From Kiritimatiella glycovorans (GTDB lineage: Bacteria; Verrucomicrobiota; Kiritimatiellia; Kiritimatiellales; Kiritimatiellaceae), in NCBI RefSeq assembly GCF_001017655.1, contig NZ_CP010904.1, forward strand, positions 2,917,724 to 2,949,723: a DNA stretch of 32,000 nucleotides, given 5' to 3'. Numbering within the stretch: position 1 is the stretch's first letter; each line of letters starts with the position of its first letter. This document shows, piece by piece, positions 24,662 through 32,000 of this stretch. The position numbers and the translations under genes are program-made. A model generated the notes under the pieces. That model searched no databases and had not been told where the DNA came from. It worked only from the letters and a program-made list of their open reading frames with translations.

Positions 24662-25405
24662 TTATCCCGCCGTTCTATTCCTGAGGGTCCACTGGGTCGC
24701 AAAGAGCATGAACCCGATCACGCTCGCGAAATACACCAGGTCGCGAAAATCGACGATCCCGCGCTGCAGGGTATCGTAATGCGTCATGAAACTCACCGCC
24801 GCGATGCCCTCGACCACGCCGGACGGCGCCCATTGCGTGAAGAAATCGGTGACCGGCGGATAGCCGGCGAGGACGAGGAACAGGCCGATGACGACGGCGA
24901 GGATGAAACTGATCACCTGGTTGCGGGTCATCGCCGACGTGAAGAGTCCGACGGCGAGGTACGCGCCGGCGAGCAGCGCGCTGCCGAGGTATCCGGAGAG
25001 GATCACGCCGAGGTCGGGCTCCCCGAGGTAGCAGGCGGTCAGGACCACGGGGAAGGTCAGCGCCAGCGCCAGGACCAGGAAGAGCCAGGCGGCGATGAAC
25101 TTGCCGATCAGCGCCTGGAGCGGCGTCACCGACAGCGTGAAGAGCAGCTCGATGGTCCCCGAGCGCCGCTCCTCGGCCCACAGCCGCATCGCCACGGCGG
25201 GCACGAGGATGAGGTAGAGCCAGGGGTGCCAGGTGAAGAATGGCCCGAGGCTGGCCTGGCGCGACTCGTAGAAGCCGGCCACGGAGAACGTGAAAAACCC
25301 GGCCAGCATGAGAAAGATGATGATGAACACATAGGCCAGCGGCGAATCGAAATAGGACTTCCACTCGCGCTTCGCCACGGCCCGGACTTGTCGGATCGCA
25401 TCCAT
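24662..25405 (-). CDS. ABC-2 type transporter permease (GldF-like)
   Basis: 247 aa with about six hydrophobic helices. It begins with the typical REWKSYFDSPLAYVFIIIFL segment of ABC-2/GldF permeases. 15-nt gap from the ATPase gene. Confidence 0.75.
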   Translation of the reverse strand: MDAIRQVRAVAKREWKSYFDSPLAYVFIIIFLMLAGFFTFSVAGFYESRQASLGPFFTWHPWLYLILVPAVAMRLWAEERRSGTIELLFTLSVTPLQALIGKFIAAWLFLVLALALTFPVVLTACYLGEPDLGVILSGYLGSALLAGAYLAVGLFTSAMTRNQVISFILAVVIGLFLVLAGYPPVTDFFTQWAPSGVVEGIAAVSFMTHYDTLQRGIVDFRDLVYFASVIGFMLFATQWTLRNRTAG

Positions 25406-25420
25406 TCGGCTCTCTCCCGT

Positions 25421-26362
25421 TCAGTGCGCGTCTTCGGTGGTGGTGATCCGGCGGAAGACATCCTCCAGCCGGCCCTCTTCCATGCGCAGGTCGTAGATGA
25501 CCCAGTCCCGCCGCCGGGCGAGATCGGTCACATCCTGGATCGGTGTGCGCCCGCCGGACGCCACGAGACGCAGCTCCGTGCGGCCGTCCGCGGTGTCGAG
25601 TCGCCGGACCTCGCGCACGCCTTCGAGCGCGCCGAACGCGGATTCGGCCTCGGCGGCGGGCGCGCCTACGCACAGGCGCACGGCGCCGTGGCCGGGACTC
25701 TGCCGCTTAAGGCAGTCCGGGGTGTCGTCGGCCACGATCCGGCCGGAGCTGATGATGACGGCGCGGGTACAGATCGCCTCGACCTCCTCGAGCACATGCG
25801 TGGAGATGACGATCGCTTTCTTCGGGGCCATCTCGCGGATCATGTCGCGCACGACCTGCTTCTGGTTGGGATCGAGCCCCTCGGTGGGTTCGTCGAGCAG
25901 CAGGATGTCGGGGTCGTGCAGCAGGGTCTGCGCCAGGCAGGTGCGGCGGCGGTAGCCGCGCGAGAGCGTATCGATGCCCTGGTGCCGGACTTCTTTCAGA
26001 AAGCACCGCTCCAGTATCGCGTCGACGCGCTCCTTCCGCGCTTCCCCGGTGAAGCCGCGCGTCTCGGCGACAAAGGCCAGAAATTCTTCGACGAGCATGT
26101 CGTCGTAGAGCGGCGCGTTTTCCGGCATATAGCCGATGTGCCGCTGGGCGGCCGGGGGATCTTCGGCCACGTCGCGGCCGGCGACCCGCACGGTGCCCGA
26201 GGTGGGGGAGAGATATCCCGCGATGGCGCGGAGCGTGGTGGTCTTGCCCGCCCCGTTCGGGCCGAGAAAGCCCAGAACGGTTCCGGGGTTCACCTCGAAC
26301 GATACGTCGTCCACCGCACGCCGCGGCCCGAAATCTCTGCACAGGTTCCGAACCTCGATCAT
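25421..26362 (-). CDS. ABC transporter ATP-binding protein (GldA-like)
   Basis: ORF 25421..26413, with start at ATG 26362 (MIEVRNLCRDFG) preceded by AAGGAG. Walker A GPNGAGKTT, signature LSRGYRRR, Walker B ILLLDEPTEGLD. Confidence 0.9.
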   Translation of the reverse strand: MIEVRNLCRDFGPRRAVDDVSFEVNPGTVLGFLGPNGAGKTTTLRAIAGYLSPTSGTVRVAGRDVAEDPPAAQRHIGYMPENAPLYDDMLVEEFLAFVAETRGFTGEARKERVDAILERCFLKEVRHQGIDTLSRGYRRRTCLAQTLLHDPDILLLDEPTEGLDPNQKQVVRDMIREMAPKKAIVISTHVLEEVEAICTRAVIISSGRIVADDTPDCLKRQSPGHGAVRLCVGAPAAEAESAFGALEGVREVRRLDTADGRTELRLVASGGRTPIQDVTDLARRRDWVIYDLRMEEGRLEDVFRRITTTEDAH

Positions 26363-26606
26363 CCCGATGGTGCTCCTTTCCCTTCGTCGATTAAAGCGCC
26401 AAGGCGCTCTCAAATTTCCGCGTTCGCGTCAAGAAGACAATGCGCGAACCTCACGCGTTCGATTTTTCGAACCTTTTTATCTCTCGCCGGGCCGCCGGGG
26501 ATGTTCTTCCTCCGGGGAGCACGTCTCGTTGCCTGTGCTCTTCTCATTCCTCTTTGCGATCCCGGCGCCTTTGCGAGAGTCATGGCTTGTGTGTTCGATC
26601 CCGGCG

Positions 26607-27956
<1,350 letters not shown>

Positions 27957-27983
27957 TCACCGTCGGACAGGAACCCCGTCGTC

Positions 27984-29780
27984 TTATCCGCCCGCGCGCC
28001 CGAACCGGCGGTCCAGCTCGCTGCGGCTGATGTAGATCATCGTCGGGCGCCCGTGCGGGCAGGTGTAGGGCATGTCCGCGCGGGTCAGGGCGTCGAGCAG
28101 GCCCTGGATTTCGCCCGTCCTGAGCGTGTCACGCTGCTTGACCGCCGCCCGGCACGCCGCGCGGGCCACGGCTTCGTGCGCCCAGGTCTCGGTGCCGCCG
28201 TGACCGCCGCCGGCTTCGAGGGCGCGGGCGACTTCGAGCAGCAGCTCCCCGGGATCGCCCTCGCGGAGATAGTCGGGCAGGGCGTCGACCATGAAGTGCG
28301 CCCCGCCGAATTCCGATACGCCGAAGCCCATCTCGACCAGCAGGGAGACGTGGCGCGCCACGATTTCCGCATCGCGCGGGGGCAGTTCCACACTGACCGG
28401 CTGGAGCAGACCCTGCGACTGCACGCGCTTCTCGAGCGCCTCGCGCATGAACCGCTCGTAGAGAACGCGTTCGTGGGCGGCGTGGGGATCCAGGATGATC
28501 AGGCCGCCCTCGGCCTCGAGCAGGACATAGAGGCCGCCGAACTGTCCCCGGATACGGGCGTTCTGCCAGGGGGGCGCGGGTGAGTCGGCGGGAGCTTGCG
28601 CGGGTTGGCGTCCCTCTTCCGCGGAGGCCCGCCGTTCGGCGCCTTCCGTCCGCAGCAGCTCGCCCGTACGGAAGACCCCGGCGGCCGGAAGCGGAGAAAA
28701 GGTTTTTGAGTCGCGCCCCGCGGCGGGCGCGGTCCATCCCGCGGAATGCGCGGGGGACGCCTTCGCCCCGTCCGCGCCGGAACCGGACCCCCGCAATCCC
28801 TCCCGAACGGCCTCGATCACGAGATCGCGCACCTCCGCCCCGTTTCTGAACCGGACCTCGCGCTTGGTGGGGTGCACGTTGACGTCGACCAGGGCGGGGT
28901 CGATTTCGAGAAACAGGAATACTATGGCATGACGGCCTTTCGGGATCAGGTCCCCGTAGGCCCGGTTGAGCGCGTGATAGACGAGCGGCGCGGCGGCCGG
29001 GCGGCCGTTGACCACGAACAGCTGGTCTCCGCGTCCGCGCCGGTGCACGGTGGGATCCGCGGCGAACCCGCCGATTTTGAGGCCGTGCATGCGTAGAGAA
29101 ACCGGCTTCAGCGACGGCAGAAGGGAGGTGCCGTACAAGGCCCCGATGCGGTGCAGCATGTCGTCGCCCGCGGGAAGACGGAACGATTCCTTTTCATCGA
29201 CCTTCAGCGTCATCCCCACCTCCGGGCGCGAGAGGGCGTGGACCAGGAAGCACTGGCGGGCGTGATTGAGCTCGGTGGCGGGAGCACGCAGGAACTTTTT
29301 GCGTGCAGGCACATTGTAGAACAGGCGACGGACTTCGATGCTCGTGCCGACAGGGCATCCGGCCTCACGGACTTCCCTGAACCGGCCTCCGTCGATGAGG
29401 ATTTCCGTGCCCGCCTCATCCTCCGCGGTGCGGGTGGTCAACGTGAACCGCGAGACCGACGCAATCGCCGCCAGCGCCTCTCCGCGGAATCCGAGCGTTC
29501 CGATCCGCACCAGGTCGTCCGCCGCGCGGATTTTACTGGTCGCATGCCGCTCGATGCTCAGCAATGCGTCGTCGCGGTTCATCCCGCGGCCGTTATCGGT
29601 GACGACGAGCTTCCTGCGGCCGCCGTCGACCAGCTCCACGTCCACCTGCGTCGCCCCGGCATCGACCGCGTTCTCAATCAGCTCCTTGAGCACGGAAGCG
29701 GGGCGCTCCACCACCTCGCCGGCGGCGATCTGATTAATGACGGTGTCGGAGAGCAGCCGGATGTGTTTTTCGGCGGACAT
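27984..29780 (-). CDS. mutL: DNA mismatch repair protein MutL
   Basis: GHKL ATPase N-terminus IRLLSDTVINQIAAGEVVERPASVLKELIENAVDAGAT, DNGRGM, LGFRGEAL. C-terminal dimerisation region with CPHGRP. Confidence 0.95.
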   Translation of the reverse strand: MSAEKHIRLLSDTVINQIAAGEVVERPASVLKELIENAVDAGATQVDVELVDGGRRKLVVTDNGRGMNRDDALLSIERHATSKIRAADDLVRIGTLGFRGEALAAIASVSRFTLTTRTAEDEAGTEILIDGGRFREVREAGCPVGTSIEVRRLFYNVPARKKFLRAPATELNHARQCFLVHALSRPEVGMTLKVDEKESFRLPAGDDMLHRIGALYGTSLLPSLKPVSLRMHGLKIGGFAADPTVHRRGRGDQLFVVNGRPAAAPLVYHALNRAYGDLIPKGRHAIVFLFLEIDPALVDVNVHPTKREVRFRNGAEVRDLVIEAVREGLRGSGSGADGAKASPAHSAGWTAPAAGRDSKTFSPLPAAGVFRTGELLRTEGAERRASAEEGRQPAQAPADSPAPPWQNARIRGQFGGLYVLLEAEGGLIILDPHAAHERVLYERFMREALEKRVQSQGLLQPVSVELPPRDAEIVARHVSLLVEMGFGVSEFGGAHFMVDALPDYLREGDPGELLLEVARALEAGGGHGGTETWAHEAVARAACRAAVKQRDTLRTGEIQGLLDALTRADMPYTCPHGRPTMIYISRSELDRRFGRAGG

Positions 29781-29885
29781 TGCGGCCCTTTATAGCGCAC
29801 CCGCCGATACGGGGAAAGCGAGGAGTAGCGGTTACTCCATCGCTGACTATGACCGCGAGTACGCGACGGCCCGCGCCATGGATGC

Positions 29886-29912
29886 ACAAAAACGGGGCCC
29901 GTAATTCCCGTT
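29886..29912 (-). terminator. rho-independent terminator of the Spy/CpxP-like gene
   Basis: On the minus strand: AACGGG (rc of 29907-29912), 10-nt loop, CCCGTT (rc of 29891-29896), then TTTGTG. It begins 5 nt after the stop codon. Confidence 0.5.
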
Positions 29913-29917
29913 CCTCA

Positions 29918-30433
29918 CTATTCTCCGCCCGCCGGGTCGTGCAGGTGCGGTTCGCCGGACCGGGTTCGCGGCCCCGCACGGTCCCGGCGATGCTCGTGCA
30001 GCCTCCGGAACGCTTCCCGGATGGTCTGTTCGAGCTGTTCGCTCTTTTCCTCGCCGAGATAGGCGCGCAACTCGCGCTTGTGCATCACGCGGGCACGCAT
30101 GAGTTTTTCCTGGATTCCAAGGACCTGTTCGATCGCGGCGTTCACCTCTTGGGTACTCACCGCCGGATCATTTTCGAGTTCATGAAGATCCCGCATCGCG
30201 ACCCGAAGCTCTTCCCTGAGAGGTTCGGTCTTTTCCTTGTGGGCGCGGGTCATGCTCATGACCCGCTGCCGCTGCTCCTCGCTCAGGCCGGCCTGTTCGA
30301 GAATCCTTTCGCGGACGTGCTCGAATCGCTCGCCACGGGGGCCGCCCGGACCCTCTCCGGGACCGGCCCACAGCATCGTCGGCCACAGGCAGGCCGCGAG
30401 AATCACAGCCGCGTAAGGGGTTGTTCGCTTCAT
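29918..30433 (-). CDS. Spy/CpxP-family (LTxxQ) periplasmic protein
   Basis: ORF 29918..30487, with start at ATG 30433 preceded by GGAGG. Signal peptide MKRTTPYAAVILAACLWPTMLWA. Helical, Glu/Arg-rich with LSEEQRQRV-type motifs. Confidence 0.55.
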   Translation of the reverse strand: MKRTTPYAAVILAACLWPTMLWAGPGEGPGGPRGERFEHVRERILEQAGLSEEQRQRVMSMTRAHKEKTEPLREELRVAMRDLHELENDPAVSTQEVNAAIEQVLGIQEKLMRARVMHKRELRAYLGEEKSEQLEQTIREAFRRLHEHRRDRAGPRTRSGEPHLHDPAGGE

Positions 30434-30489
30434 GGTATCGCCTCCTTGATTCGATGTTTCCCGGACCGAATCCGGTCCTCGCATCACCC

Positions 30490-30532
30490 AACGGGAGCGA
30501 GGTCCGTTTATTGCCGTCGCACCGCTCCCGTT
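30490..30532 (-). terminator. 10-bp perfect inverted repeat 4 nt after the M24 peptidase stop (terminator/insulator hairpin)
   Basis: AACGGGAGCG (30490-30499) / CGCTCCCGTT (30523-30532) with a 23-nt loop and no clear U-tract. A second perfect hairpin GGACCG-aatc-CGGTCC (30463-30478) lies in the 5' UTR of the Spy-like gene. Confidence 0.35.
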
Positions 30533-30536
30533 TGAG

Positions 30537-31670
30537 TCATCTGAACTCCCACCGCCGCGAGCACGGGGCGAGCAGCCGGTTGCCGTCGCGCGTAATCTCG
30601 ACCGTGTCCTCGATCCGCACCCCGCCGGTTCCGGGGTAATACAGGCCGGGTTCGATCGTCACCACATGCCCCTCTTCGAGCACCCCGCCCCCGGGCGCGA
30701 TGCGCGGCGCCTCGTGAATTTCGAGTCCCACCCCGTGTCCCGTGCCATGAATAAACCCCGAGGGCGGCCTGCTGCGGACATCCGTGACGTACCCCCTCTC
30801 GCGGAAGAGGGCGCAGACGCGCCGGTGTACTTCGTCGCCGCGTACCCCGGGACAAACCATGGACAGGGCTTCGCGCTGCGCGGCTCGCACGGCGCGCACC
30901 ATGTCGCGCAAGGCACGCGGCGCCGGCCCGCGGCAGAAGGTACGGGTCAGATCGCCGCAGTACCCGTGACCCGCATGACGGGGAAAAATGTCCACCACGA
31001 TCGGCGTTCCGGCGCGGTATTCCGCCTCGCCCGGATGATGGGGGTCCGCGGACTCCGCCCCGCCCGCCGCAATGACCTCGGGGGCCAGACAGTCGTGGTC
31101 GAGCAGCACGGTACGTATCGCCCGCCGCAGCCTGGCCGGGGTGAGCATACGCTTTTCATGAACCAGCCGGCCGGAGCGGTCGATCGCGGAGTCCGCGATT
31201 ATGAACGCCGCCCGCCGCATCGCATCGGCGGCCGCACGCTGGGATTCACGAAGACCGCGCAGCTCCGCTTCCGTCTTGCACGCCCGCTCGCAGGCCGCGG
31301 CGCGCTCCGAGAGATCGACCCGGAAACCCGCCCGGACAAGGGCGCGTACGATCCCCGCCGCCGTGTCCGGCGTCGTGACGACGCGCCCGATGTCCAGGCG
31401 GCGCAGCAGACGCCTGCACCACTCCGTCCGGTCTCTCCGGCCGCCTTTACGCACCCCCAGCTCTTCCGGCGTCCACACGCGCAGGGACCCCCCGACGGCC
31501 GCCTCCACGCGGTTCCGCTCCATCTCCGGAACCACGACATGCCCGTCCGCCGCACGCCTCACCATCACGATGGGATCGGGGATCGAAAGACCCGTCCAGT
31601 AACGCAGATCAGGAGCCCTCGCTGTGTCCCCGACCCGCAAAACCGGTGTTGTTAACTTCTTTGTTTTCAT
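30537..31670 (-). CDS. Xaa-Pro aminopeptidase/dipeptidase (peptidase M24B)
   Basis: Creatinase-like N-terminal domain followed by an M24 pita-bread core: DIFPRHAGHGYCGDLTRTF, HGTGHGVGLEIHEAP, VVTIEPGLYYPGTGGVRIEDTV. Start is ATG 31670 (MKTKKL); ATG 31685 is possible. Confidence 0.88.
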   Translation of the reverse strand: MKTKKLTTPVLRVGDTARAPDLRYWTGLSIPDPIVMVRRAADGHVVVPEMERNRVEAAVGGSLRVWTPEELGVRKGGRRDRTEWCRRLLRRLDIGRVVTTPDTAAGIVRALVRAGFRVDLSERAAACERACKTEAELRGLRESQRAAADAMRRAAFIIADSAIDRSGRLVHEKRMLTPARLRRAIRTVLLDHDCLAPEVIAAGGAESADPHHPGEAEYRAGTPIVVDIFPRHAGHGYCGDLTRTFCRGPAPRALRDMVRAVRAAQREALSMVCPGVRGDEVHRRVCALFRERGYVTDVRSRPPSGFIHGTGHGVGLEIHEAPRIAPGGGVLEEGHVVTIEPGLYYPGTGGVRIEDTVEITRDGNRLLAPCSRRWEFR

Positions 31671-32000
31671 TCCTTTGACCCGCATTCTTATACTTTTTCC
31701 CTCTTCCCGGCGCTCTCCCTGAAACGGTCTCCCTATTCGCCGGACAGAAAATGGAAACCTAACCTTATCGCTCCTGTTTAATACTACATATTGTATTGTG
31801 TGTATTATTCACACCAATATATTCTAATATTCGCCATTATAACATTTTCTTCCTTTTTAGGCTTGTCCGGCCGTTTTTTCTCAATTATAAAGCCTCTTCG
31901 CAGAGGCCGCAGGGAGAAGGCCAGCCTGTTAATAAGTTGTTAAGAAGGGGACGTTTCCTGTTAATTTAAATCCTAACCCGACAGGTATGAGTTGTTCAAA

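Noticed and set aside
26363-26606. Promoter, terminator and 11-bp direct repeats (CGATCCCGGCG at 26557 and 26596; palindrome AGCGCCAAGGCGCT about 26392-26405) between serS and the ABC operon
   Set aside because: The structures are real in the sequence. I could not derive a convincing -35/-10 pair or a stem plus U-tract on the coding (minus) strand, so no feature is called.

Overview
This is a high-GC bacterial chromosomal segment. No rRNA is present, and the taxon cannot be assigned without a database search. I can support 22 protein-coding genes, one tRNA with anticodon CAT, and several intergenic repeat and hairpin elements.

Gene order:
- Plus strand: a HAD hydrolase, then rarA, 5-formyl-THF cyclo-ligase and rny.
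- Minus strand: two translationally coupled DUF21/CBS (CNNM/CorC-type) paralogs.
- A TPR lipoprotein, a TraB/GumN protein and a divergent secreted protein of unknown function.
- A 1116-aa fusion protein, followed by tRNA(CAT) and a repeat-laden spacer.
- A GH5-like glycosidase and a secreted protein of unknown function.
- Divergent rex and adhE.
- Minus strand: mutL, serS, and a four-gene ABC-ATPase / ABC-2 permease / GldG-like / DUF4340-like operon.
- A Spy/CpxP-like periplasmic protein and an M24 Xaa-Pro peptidase.
- An abruptly AT-rich stretch at the window end.

Most of this is housekeeping. The standout is the single ORF at 11536-14886. It fuses 2-oxoacid dehydrogenase E1-alpha, E1-beta, a lipoyl carrier domain and a complete KAS III (FabH) condensing enzyme. 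It has no E2 catalytic core, and no E3 is nearby. That suggests a channelled, possibly CoA-independent route from 2-oxoacids to fatty-acid or polyketide primers.

Second is a modular intergenic repeat family. Its modules are an SD-like box plus a 10-codon MKxMK mini-ORF, a G-tract, and (GTACGA)n hairpin arms around a conserved core. It sits 37-45 nt downstream of co-oriented genes. A separate 106-bp tandem hairpin repeat lies next to the tRNA.

All calls come from reading the translated ORFs and the DNA by eye. No database, HMM or folding program was run.
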